Virus record (IMG/VR): IMGVR_UViG_3300027777_000042
Coordinates: 1-57,531 of that record
From: a virus
Taxonomy: Duplodnaviria; Caudoviricetes
DNA: 57,531 bases
Strand: one strand, 5' to 3'
Numbering within the stretch: the first letter of the stretch is position 1; each line of letters opens with the position of its first letter. Shown one piece after another: positions 10,063-19,600 of the stretch. The position numbers and the translations under genes were made by a program. The notes under the pieces were generated by a model. It was not told the DNA's origin. It saw only the letters and a list, made by a program, of their open reading frames with translations, and made no database searches.

Positions 10063-10087
10063 TGCAGGGGATTAAGGCTCCCCTGCA
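10063..10087 (-). terminator. Stem-loop downstream of the major capsid gene (leaky terminator or stability hairpin)
   Basis: TGCAGGGGA-N7-TCCCCTGCA perfect 9-bp stem; only a weak U-tract follows. Confidence 0.5.
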
Positions 10088-10102
10088 AAGCCTTCCGGGT
10101 AC

Positions 10103-11017
10103 TTAAACTCCAGGTGTGCCGTACATGGCACGTGGATCAGTCCAACCAGGAATATAACGTTCTGTAGCCTTATAGCGCATGCTATCGGTTTCGAAGTCAC
10201 CTTCCATAGTCTTCTCTAGTGAACGACGCATTAGAAGTTTCATACCTTCAGGTGCATCAGTCTCAACCCACCAGTTAGTTGCAGAAGTCAAACGACTAAT
10301 AACAGATGCGCCTTCAGGCAACAAACCAATTGATTTAATTGGGTTGATGTCATTGTTAGCAGTACCTGCTCTTAGAACTGACTTAAGCAATACTTCAGCT
10401 TGGAACACGTTACCAGGTGCAACCACTAGTTTTACAGGTTGTAGACGGATTTTCTTACCATTGTTATCAACGGCTTGACGAATCTGAATTAACATTTGCT
10501 CAAGTGATGTTTGACTCAAGTTAGCAGCAGTAGATAACTGATTGCTAAAAGAACCAACTGCAATTGGGTGAGCCGTGTTAATCAAAGATACGCCGTCACC
10601 ACCAACATATGAACTATTGAAAGCTCTGTTGAGGATGTTAGCACATAGCAATTCTTTAGTTTCCACCAAAGATTGTGCCAAGTGTTTAGCATATACTTGA
10701 CCGATACGGATATGGTCACCGTCTTCAACCAATACTTTGGTCAATGCAAAAGCAAGACCGAAGACTTGGTAGACATAACGTTGCAAGAACAACACACCAC
10801 CTTGTTGATAGGTAACGGGAGATCCATCAGGTAACTGAGGAGCTGCACCGAAACCGTACAAGACGGGTTCTTCATGGTAGTTACGTGGAATGCCGGCTGC
10901 TTCACGGAAAACCGTGGACCATTCATCGGCACGTTGATCATAAACACCGTCAAAGGACTCATTAAGGATTGGTTCAACAATCGATCTAAAGTCCGTACTT
11001 CGCATTGGGGCTGCCAT
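10103..11017 (-). CDS. Major capsid protein
   Basis: 304 aa after scaffold and decoration genes; HK97/Mu-gpT-like motifs (GGDGVSL...HP, LVVAP, EGDFETDSMRYKATERY). Confidence 0.85.
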   Translation of the reverse strand: MAAPMRSTDFRSIVEPILNESFDGVYDQRADEWSTVFREAAGIPRNYHEEPVLYGFGAAPQLPDGSPVTYQQGGVLFLQRYVYQVFGLAFALTKVLVEDGDHIRIGQVYAKHLAQSLVETKELLCANILNRAFNSSYVGGDGVSLINTAHPIAVGSFSNQLSTAANLSQTSLEQMLIQIRQAVDNNGKKIRLQPVKLVVAPGNVFQAEVLLKSVLRAGTANNDINPIKSIGLLPEGASVISRLTSATNWWVETDAPEGMKLLMRRSLEKTMEGDFETDSMRYKATERYIPGWTDPRAMYGTPGV

Positions 11018-11030
11018 AGTTTATCCTTTC

Positions 11031-11621
11031 TTAAATTGCTGCAGTAGAAGAAACAAACTGTGGCTTGCTGATTTGTACACGAACAATCGTATACGCATCG
11101 CCCCAGGCATTGTCTGGATAGGGTGCTATGTCAACAATACGGAACTGTCCTGTTGAAGATGAACCCACCAAAGATGAGGACAAAGTCATTTGAGACAACC
11201 CAGTAGTTGTAGAACCAGCTGTGAAATTGGAAAGATTTGCTTCGTTTCCAACTGCTGTTTGAGAAATCGCCCCATCTGCTTGAATTTCATAAACGATTTG
11301 TTGGTCGTTATAAAAATAAGCAATGGAAGTTGTATTGGTTGCTAATGTAGTACTAGCAGGCCAATAATTCGATACTCTACGACGACCAGTTGTATCGGTA
11401 AATTCAACACCTTGGAACGAACCAGACACAAGGCCTGAGTTTGTTGTAGTGTCGACAACCGGTATAATGGTGCCAGCATTAGGGCTATATTGTACAGCTT
11501 GTCCTTTTAGGATGTTGCTGGAATAGCCAGATGGGATACCGCCAGTTAGCGCCTGAGCACGTTCCAACCCTGTGGGGAAATATGCGGGGCGTAAACCAAA
11601 CGGAGCGTTAGTAGATGACAT
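11031..11621 (-). CDS. Putative capsid decoration/cement protein
   Basis: NAPFGLRP N-terminus, beta-rich, immediately upstream of the capsid gene, AAGGAG RBS. Confidence 0.55.
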   Translation of the reverse strand: MSSTNAPFGLRPAYFPTGLERAQALTGGIPSGYSSNILKGQAVQYSPNAGTIIPVVDTTTNSGLVSGSFQGVEFTDTTGRRRVSNYWPASTTLATNTTSIAYFYNDQQIVYEIQADGAISQTAVGNEANLSNFTAGSTTTGLSQMTLSSSLVGSSSTGQFRIVDIAPYPDNAWGDAYTIVRVQISKPQFVSSTAAI

Positions 11622-11637
11622 ACATACTCCTTAATAC

Positions 11638-12177
11638 CTATGAAAACACAGGTGTTTTTACGTTTTGGTCAAAAGCTGTGCCGCCATTCTCCAACTGTAT
11701 CAATGCACGACCATTGCTATCTCTAGCATTGTTTTGTAGTTGTTCTTGCTGAATCTTAATCTTATCTTGCTCATCAAGAGGTGCATTGTGGTGCATCTCC
11801 ATCATGATTTCTTGATAAAGATCCATAGGAAGTTTATACAAAACCATCTCATTACATGAAACGCATCCTTCAAGTTCACCGGATTTAACTTTGTATGCTT
11901 CAAAGCCGCTAACTTCTGCAGCTTTTACAAGTTCATATCCCATGCGAAGACGTTTATGAATAGGGTCATACTGATTTGTTGTAGATAACCAGCACAAGTG
12001 GAAGCCCGGAATCTCAGGCGGGGTCGGAAGAGCTTCTTGAAGCCATTCCGAACGGAACGCTCTGCGGCGTTCCTCAGAAGAAACAAACTTTTCTTCAGGT
12101 GCTTTACGTGAATCATCTTCACTTGATCTAGATTCACGTCCAGCACGAGTATTTTTCTTTAATCTATCATCCATCAT
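11638..12177 (-). CDS. Conserved hypothetical head-module protein
   Basis: LPTPPEIPGFHLCWLS...MGYELV motif; between scaffold and decoration genes. Confidence 0.55.
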   Translation of the reverse strand: MMDDRLKKNTRAGRESRSSEDDSRKAPEEKFVSSEERRRAFRSEWLQEALPTPPEIPGFHLCWLSTTNQYDPIHKRLRMGYELVKAAEVSGFEAYKVKSGELEGCVSCNEMVLYKLPMDLYQEIMMEMHHNAPLDEQDKIKIQQEQLQNNARDSNGRALIQLENGGTAFDQNVKTPVFS

Positions 12178-13133
12178 TGACCCCTTTGTTTATTTTCACG
12201 ATCCCATTTGGCATAATTAGCGATTGCTTTCTGACGAAGCTCATGGTTATCCCATACTCCAGCTTCTTTCATAGCAGTGACACGCTGTGGACTAACTCTA
12301 AATTCATTAGACTTAGTAGTTGCGATAGAATCTCTACCAGAACTTGTTACCATGGATCGAGGCCTCTGACTTTTGACGTTTTGAGAATTATAACCACGTT
12401 CTGCACGATGTGGTAAATATTTTGCAATTCTATCGTCCAATTCTTCCCAGTACTCTTCAGATTTTGGATCGTAACCCTCATCTGTTAACTTTTTATCAAT
12501 TTTTTGTGCAATTTCGGAATCAAGGTCTTTACCTGATGGATCATACCAAGGATTGTTTTCAACCCAATTAGATGCATGCCTTTGAACGGTAGGATCTGCT
12601 TGAATTCCTTGTGAAGTTGTTGCTCTTGCAGCATGTTCTCTGACATTTTTTAAAGATTCAAGTTTGCGTTGTGCTTCATACCAAGTTTCTTGCGCTTTTG
12701 TAAGCGCATCACCATTTGAATGTGTGACAGCATCCCTCATTTGCATCTTGGCATATTCAACTGAAACACCTGCATCTTCAATTGCCTTATCAACACGAGC
12801 TAATTCAACACCTGTGTGTTTCTTTTCCATAATAGCCACACGTTCAGCAAGATCTTGATTTTGCTTACGAAGTGCGGAAATTAAGTGGCTAGATTCTCTA
12901 GTCTTTTCGCGGTGAAGTTGCTTTTTAAGCTTTCTTTCTTCACGTCTTGCTTCCCTGATGGCTTCCCTGTCAGGATCATTATCTAATCCATCATCTTGCG
13001 CATCAGCACCATCATTAATCAAATTGATAAGATCATCATTCTTGACAATTTCATCTGCAGGTGCTACCTGTACAGATGCACTGCCATCCTGATTTTCTTC
13101 AATTTGAAGTTCTAATTTATCAGTTGGGTTCAT
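12174..13133 (-). CDS. Putative capsid scaffolding protein (start corrected to MNPTDKL)
   Basis: Acidic N-terminus, long coiled coil, WVENNPWY motif; GGAAGG RBS before the ATG at 13133. Confidence 0.65.
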   Translation of the reverse strand: MNPTDKLELQIEENQDGSASVQVAPADEIVKNDDLINLINDGADAQDDGLDNDPDREAIREARREERKLKKQLHREKTRESSHLISALRKQNQDLAERVAIMEKKHTGVELARVDKAIEDAGVSVEYAKMQMRDAVTHSNGDALTKAQETWYEAQRKLESLKNVREHAARATTSQGIQADPTVQRHASNWVENNPWYDPSGKDLDSEIAQKIDKKLTDEGYDPKSEEYWEELDDRIAKYLPHRAERGYNSQNVKSQRPRSMVTSSGRDSIATTKSNEFRVSPQRVTAMKEAGVWDNHELRQKAIANYAKWDRENKQRGQ

Positions 13134-13151
13134 AAAGTTTCCTTCCAAAAC

Positions 13152-13571
13152 TTAAATAAATGCTTTAATATCACGAGGATCACCAGTGACTTTACCAATG
13201 AGTTCATGATCATTGAAAAAAGTAAACAAGGCTTTACCCTTGGATCCATCTATTTCAAAATCAATCTCCCATCTATCTCCGCCCCACTTAGGTACACGAA
13301 CATAATCACCAACTTGTGCCCAAGCACCTTCAGGCCATGGATCCATACTTTCACGTTTTCTGAAAGCTAGTGGTCCTACTGCTAAGACCTTACCAATCAT
13401 GGTGTTCCATTTTTCGGTTTCTTTTGTTTCCTCAGGTAGCACAATCCCAGATGCAGTGACTTTATCTTTCACAGCACGGAGTTGAACCAGTACTCTAGCA
13501 CCATAAGGTGCCATTAAAGGATCAATAACGGGAAACGCTTCTTCAAGCGTTTGTTCGATATCATACGACAT
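13152..13571 (-). CDS. groES: Co-chaperonin GroES-like protein
   Basis: PYGARVLV...TASGIVLP...GKVLAVGP...VGDYV...NDHELIG matches the Cpn10 pattern. Confidence 0.85.
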   Translation of the reverse strand: MSYDIEQTLEEAFPVIDPLMAPYGARVLVQLRAVKDKVTASGIVLPEETKETEKWNTMIGKVLAVGPLAFRKRESMDPWPEGAWAQVGDYVRVPKWGGDRWEIDFEIDGSKGKALFTFFNDHELIGKVTGDPRDIKAFI

Positions 13572-13746
13572 CTTGTTTTTCCTCTTCTAAAATTACATTG
13601 ATAAGATTCAAAGCTTCATCCAAGCCTTGGTGTTGGCCAATTAAGCGCTGGTAAGATTCAAAGTTGACACAATAGCCAGAGACTATTGCGGTAGCTACAT
13701 CAGCTTGCTTTTGCTTAATTCGCCCGATGAGATCAGAAATCGTCAT
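13561..13746 (-). CDS. Small hypothetical protein
   Basis: 61 aa helical ORF (NFESYQRLIG) coupled to groES. Confidence 0.6.
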   Translation of the reverse strand: MTISDLIGRIKQKQADVATAIVSGYCVNFESYQRLIGQHQGLDEALNLINVILEEEKQDVV

Positions 13747-14081
13747 TAACGACCCCGACCAGATGACTTTCTCATAGGTGTTGCAATGACTACTGTCATG
13801 CCACCTTTTGCATGACCACCTTTTTTCATGGTTGCAATTTTTCCTGTGGGTTTAGGCAATGCACGTTTTTGTGAACTATCATTAATCAAAGTTTGTGCTT
13901 TTGATTCAGACACACCAGTGATCTTATTCACATTAGGTTGATGACTAATCTCAGCAGGTCCTTTAACTCCACCACCTTTTGCATAATGATGCTTTTTAGC
14001 TACACCACCTTTTTTCAAATGATTAGCTTCACCTTCACCGCCCATAGCGATTCGCTTGTGCATGTTAATGGCTTCAGACAT
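13746..14081 (-). CDS. Basic protein with xKxGG repeats
   Basis: LKKGG, YAKGG, MKKGG, HAKGG; follows the portal gene. Confidence 0.6.
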   Translation of the reverse strand: MSEAINMHKRIAMGGEGEANHLKKGGVAKKHHYAKGGGVKGPAEISHQPNVNKITGVSESKAQTLINDSSQKRALPKPTGKIATMKKGGHAKGGMTVVIATPMRKSSGRGR

Positions 14082-16602
14082 TTTGATTCTCCCCTAAATT
14101 GGATTGGATTTGATTTTGAGCATCAAGGACCGTTTGCAGTTGCTCATGTTGCAATTGGGCCGCATCCCTTGATATCTCTGCGGACTTAATTCTTTCAGCT
14201 GTCAAATTCTTTTCTGTGTTAATAATTAAGTTGGATTGTATTGTATCCATCTTAGCTTTATTTGACATTTGAACATCTTCAGCTTTAATTTGCATCTCGG
14301 CTTTATCACGTGCTGCTCTGCGTTGTGTTTCAGCCATTTGTGTTTGCACCAATGCTTGCACAGAAGGATCTTGCGGTTGCAATGATTGTTTAATTTTCTG
14401 TGCCATTTCCATAAGCTGTGCCAACTGAGGTTGTATATCAGCAAACCTTTGTTGTGTGTCTTCTTGCACATGATGTGCACTAACAGCAAGCAGTTTTTGA
14501 GCTTCTACTGGGAGTGTGCCAACTTTAAGCACGTCAAAGTGGCTTCCAAATGCAGCAGATGAATACGCAGTCATTTGACTTATATACCACAAAGTAATAT
14601 GTTCTTTTATGTGATTTAATACTCCTGGGACAAACTGCGTGGCAATAATTGGGTTAGAACCAAGCATAGGATCCATTGCATATGTCAAATGCGTTTCCAA
14701 ATGAGCCATATGATCTTGATGTGGATAAGCACCAACAGGTTTGCCTAAAGATAGAGCCACATTTTCCAATGCAGGGTTCATATCTTTCACTTCTTCAGGA
14801 TCTGGTAGTACTGAATTAATATCCGGTAGTCTAATTTGTTTAAGAATCCGTTTTTCAACCTCTAATCTATCATAGAGATCCGGACTTGCCTGTGCTCTAG
14901 CTGCAAGCGTTTGAATCTGCGCATACCTCTGGCTCTCAGCAAAGATATGAGGATCAGAAACCGGTACAATGTCCGTATTTGATAAGAAATCATCCTTAGA
15001 AATGTTAAGATCTTTAACAACCTCACTTTTTGCTTGTTCATCAACATACCACCTGTTTAATCGTGTAAGAATCCGTAACACTCTACGCTGAGAGTCATGC
15101 AATCTTGAATGTATTGCACTAAATACTGCAGAACCTTGTTCAATTAAGGCCTGTGTTGTCCCTACAGGTGCATTTGATGTCACATCTGCAATCTTTTCTT
15201 CCGCAGTTGTAACCACACCTTTGGCTGCATCATTTAACCAGCCAAGCAATGAGAACAAGACAGGTGAAGGTTGATTAAAAGGTATTGGCATTGCAATTTT
15301 CCTGATGTCATCAACACCAGGCGCGCCTTCAATCTCAGAAACTTGTGTTGGTTCTATCACAGTGGTTTGGCCACTGATCTTAGCACCTTTAAGTTTAAGC
15401 ATTGTTGGTGCAGTAACTATATGAGCCGAATCAAGCAATGCACGAAGAGCACCAGTAAGAGCGGCAGACAAACCACCAATAAGATGAGGTAATCCAATTG
15501 CATATGCACCTCTCCATGGAATGAATTTAAATTCAACAATCCAATCAAGATTGGTCATTGCTTCATCACCATCTTCCCAGTTTCTATACAATCCAACCAC
15601 AGATCGTGCATTTTCATCAATCATTAGCATGTAAGGTGCACGTTCGCCTTTAGAAAACTTATCATCTTCTAAATCTAACCATACTCTAATGTGAAATACT
15701 CTGCGAATACCATCAATATTCTCAGCTTGACGTTTTTTACCTTCAATCTTATCAGTTGCTTTTTCAGCTTTTGTCTGATCTGGCTCTTGCGATGCACGAT
15801 ACACATCTATGTCTGAGTACAAACCACTTTTAACCCTTATTTCATAGATTTCTTGTGTAATATCTTGAACTTCAGTGATTCTAGATGCAGTATAAAAGTT
15901 ACCTGCGGCAAATGGAAGGTAAATATTGTCAATGGGTATAAATTCGGCACAGGGTCGTTTCTTTCTTTCATCATACCAGAGCTTCATGTACTGACTTCCG
16001 CCTAATGGAAGTTGTGTAAGCATCTGTTCTTGCTCATCACGGTACTCTTCAATTTGCTCTGTTAGTTGCCAGTTCATAAAGTCGCGTTTTCGCTCGGCTT
16101 TACTGGTCTTAGCGTCGGTAACTTCACCAATAATCTTGGTTTTAACTGGCCCATCAGCAGGAAATAGTTCTTTAATTGCCCTTGCAGCAAAGTCCACACA
16201 GGCTTCAGCCATAACAGGATGCACAACTTTTGATGCGCCTAAGAACTGTGCACCACCCGGTGCATCATGACCAAGGCCAGTTCTACGGATTCCATCTTCA
16301 TATTGTTTATCCCTGTCTTCACGGGCCTCTTTATCTTTCTCAATAAGGTCAAGATACTTAGTGGCTAGCTCATCTAGGTCATAACTATTAATAGTTTCGG
16401 CCAGATTTTCATAAAAGTCAGGCGATTCTTCAGGGCCTTTTAAATCGTCCATCCTAACAATTGCAGAACCATCAGGCAGTTCTTCAACATCAGGGATTTC
16501 GTCCAACAATTCTACAAGTGATGCATCATCATCTGCAGGCTCTTCAGTAATTGGATCAATGTGCCGATCAAAATCTTGTGGAATGGGCATTTCTATAGCC
16601 AT
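14074..16602 (-). CDS. Portal protein
   Basis: 842 aa downstream of terminase; VVHPVMAEA, YAIGLPHLIGGL, NAPVGTTQALIEQG motifs and long C-terminal coiled coil (P22-like barrel). Confidence 0.85.
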   Translation of the reverse strand: MAIEMPIPQDFDRHIDPITEEPADDDASLVELLDEIPDVEELPDGSAIVRMDDLKGPEESPDFYENLAETINSYDLDELATKYLDLIEKDKEAREDRDKQYEDGIRRTGLGHDAPGGAQFLGASKVVHPVMAEACVDFAARAIKELFPADGPVKTKIIGEVTDAKTSKAERKRDFMNWQLTEQIEEYRDEQEQMLTQLPLGGSQYMKLWYDERKKRPCAEFIPIDNIYLPFAAGNFYTASRITEVQDITQEIYEIRVKSGLYSDIDVYRASQEPDQTKAEKATDKIEGKKRQAENIDGIRRVFHIRVWLDLEDDKFSKGERAPYMLMIDENARSVVGLYRNWEDGDEAMTNLDWIVEFKFIPWRGAYAIGLPHLIGGLSAALTGALRALLDSAHIVTAPTMLKLKGAKISGQTTVIEPTQVSEIEGAPGVDDIRKIAMPIPFNQPSPVLFSLLGWLNDAAKGVVTTAEEKIADVTSNAPVGTTQALIEQGSAVFSAIHSRLHDSQRRVLRILTRLNRWYVDEQAKSEVVKDLNISKDDFLSNTDIVPVSDPHIFAESQRYAQIQTLAARAQASPDLYDRLEVEKRILKQIRLPDINSVLPDPEEVKDMNPALENVALSLGKPVGAYPHQDHMAHLETHLTYAMDPMLGSNPIIATQFVPGVLNHIKEHITLWYISQMTAYSSAAFGSHFDVLKVGTLPVEAQKLLAVSAHHVQEDTQQRFADIQPQLAQLMEMAQKIKQSLQPQDPSVQALVQTQMAETQRRAARDKAEMQIKAEDVQMSNKAKMDTIQSNLIINTEKNLTAERIKSAEISRDAAQLQHEQLQTVLDAQNQIQSNLGENQNV

Positions 16603-16611
16603 GTTTTACCT

Positions 16612-19600
16612 TTAAGGTTGTTGTCTTAGTTCAATGTCTGTGGCGTGCTGTTCAAGAGCTCGAGCAAGTAGCTCACGTTGCGCAGGGTTAAAGACTCTCC
16701 AAGGTTGACCAGCACTATATTGTCGCGCCGTTTGCGCAATAGCTCTTAAATCAGTAGGGGTATTGGCATTGTTAGGATGCGCAACGCGAGCTGCGAACTC
16801 TCTTGCTTCATTGATTTCTCTTGTACTTAACTCGCCCTGTAAGTCTGCTAAAGCTGCAGTTTGAATACGACGAGGCAACACGTCGGCATTTGCAATGTGT
16901 TGTTGCACAGCTTCGGGTATTGGTGCTTGCTGTTCAAATTGCACATATGGGCCTAGGTGATCAATGGCTCTACGTAACATAGACAAGTAATCGTCGTACT
17001 CAGTGCGATTAATTCGTAATGCCTCAGGTGTTGACCTTACAATATCATTTCTTATATTAGTAAATCTATTTATTGCAGACTGCGCTATTTCACTTGGGGT
17101 ATACCCTTGGCCAAACATATTATTTGCCATGGTATTAACATGCTCAATGGCTGCCCCCATCATGCTATAACTGACAGGCGTAGTGGCAAGTTGCAAAGGC
17201 TCAGTATACGCTTGCGTAATTGCTGCATTAATGTTTTGCGGCTCAGGTGCTTGTGCAGGCTGATTAGCACCGTGCTGATTATCAACTTCCCAATCACCAG
17301 TATCCACATTAAGTCCCATGTTTTGCATAACTGTATCAACATGGCTTAGAGCTTCTTCTCTTTGTCTAGGCGTTAATTCCCATAAAGTACCGCGTTCTCT
17401 ATCTTCGATCTGCTCCAATAAGTCACGATAGCTTTCTTCAAGAATATTTTCAGGGTGCGAATCTATATTGTTATTTCTAAAAAATGCCTCAAGAAAGTCA
17501 ATCACAGGTGCAGGTAATGATGTTTGTACTGTTTCAATTTGGTACGCAGGATTTACGCCTAGTTCAGGCTGATTAGCGCCATGCTGATCATCAGGCTCCA
17601 ATAAATTAGGCGTTGCACGTCTGCTTTCATATGCTGCTAAAGCCAAATCTACACTCCGTATATGCTCATCAAGCATTTGAATGATTGGTGCCACATCTCT
17701 AGTACTCTGAATACCGTATGCAGGTAAGTCAATGTCATCGACATTAGTAATGCCATCAACATAGTGAGTTAAATGATCATGAATCCCTTGAAGTGATGCA
17801 TTTTCTGGTAGCACAGCTATTATATCGTTATATACTCTAACTGCTGCAGGATGATGTGCAATGTAAGCATTTGAAACACTTGCCATTGGTTGTCTATGTG
17901 CGTCTAAATCATGCTCATCAGCCAGCCTTGTCATCTCTTGAATTGCACTTTGTATAAACTGTCTTCTATCTGCTCCAGTAAGATTTCTAATTGTTGGATG
18001 ATCAAACACATCACTATGCAATGCATAAATTGTAGAGTCTACATTATCTATACCGCCGCGTATATTATCCTCAAAGATACTATTACCAAATAATGCACCT
18101 TGAAAACTTACACGCTGCAATTCTGTAGGTTCATTATTAGGTTGTGGTTCAGGCACGGGAAGTCTACGTTCTAATTCACGAGCCAATAACTCACGTTGCC
18201 GCATTGAAAAAGTACTATATGCATCATCACCTATTGCAGGCGTGCCTGTGCGAAGTGAATGTATTATGTTTGCAACTTCACGGTGGTCATAACTACCAAA
18301 AAGGTCATTAGCCAAAATATCAACTTCATTAGCTTGATGATCCCCCATTGCGTCGCGTAACCGTGTTGTAGGTGTATTTTGCATTCCTGCTATTACACGC
18401 TGCAATTCTGTAGGCTCACGATAAGGTTGTGCAGGTTGTTGTGCAGGTTGTTGTGCAAGTTGTTGTACAGGTTGTTGTTGCGCAGGGTCAGTACGATCTA
18501 AGTAATGCTGAAGCGCAGTTGCCACGCCTTCGCGGTCAAAACTAGTTCTTGTGCCGGCGAAATTAATACCACCTTGCAAAGTGCTTATAACTTGCTCTAT
18601 ACTTCTGCGCCCATGAGTGGGATTAGCATTACCGTTAATTATGGATGTTGCAACATCATGTATGGTCTCTACTGCGGCATCATTTAAATGCCCTAATAAA
18701 GGTATTTCTTGGCGTAACCCTGCAATATCAGGAAATTGATATGGCTGTATAGCTTGTTGTGCACCTTGTCGTTGCGGCATATTTTCATTTTGTAAAAAAT
18801 AATACTGCACGGCATCACTATGTGCTTCCAACATATGACCTAATTCAGCTAGTTCTGCATCAGTATTAAGATCATGGTCAGTTGGCGCAACACGACCATA
18901 ATTTATTTCATGTGTTGATGTGATTAATGACTGTTCTATATCTTCATTGTTTAGACCTTCATCATACAAATCTTGAAGATATCTTCTGTATGCTGTGTGA
19001 ATACGATAGTTATTAGTAGAAGCAAGAATATTAGGTATTGGTACTAATGGGTCACCGGCACCAATTAAATACCTAGCATTATTAGTCAACCCTGGGTGTT
19101 CTTGCTCTAACCGCCTAGTTAAGTTAATATGCCGTTGTGTGGCATCACGCATACGATCTTCTAAGTCATGGCGTGCATCTAGATAGTCTTCTTCTGATGG
19201 GAAATCATTCCTATCTAATTCATTTAAATCATCGTCTAATTGTCTTCTAGTTGCTTCCAACTCATGCAATCTATCATTATTGCCATGTTGACGTCTTACG
19301 GCAACCACAGATGCTGGAGGTGGATTATGATTCTTTAAGTCCATCAAATCTTCTTGTGTGACAAACCTAGGTAATCCATGCGCTTCTGAAGCAATCCTAA
19401 ACGCTTCTTCAGACATATTAGCTTTACCTGCTAAAAATCTAGCACTTAATGCTTTAGTGTCATACACACCAGATTTATCAGTCGTGTCCATGTTTCTGAT
19501 TTCGTCTGATTTAGCATTTAAATAATCACGAAGTGAATTTCTATATTGTGGGTCAATATCTTTATTGTGGTGTTGTGTTGCATAACCAATTTGATAAGTT

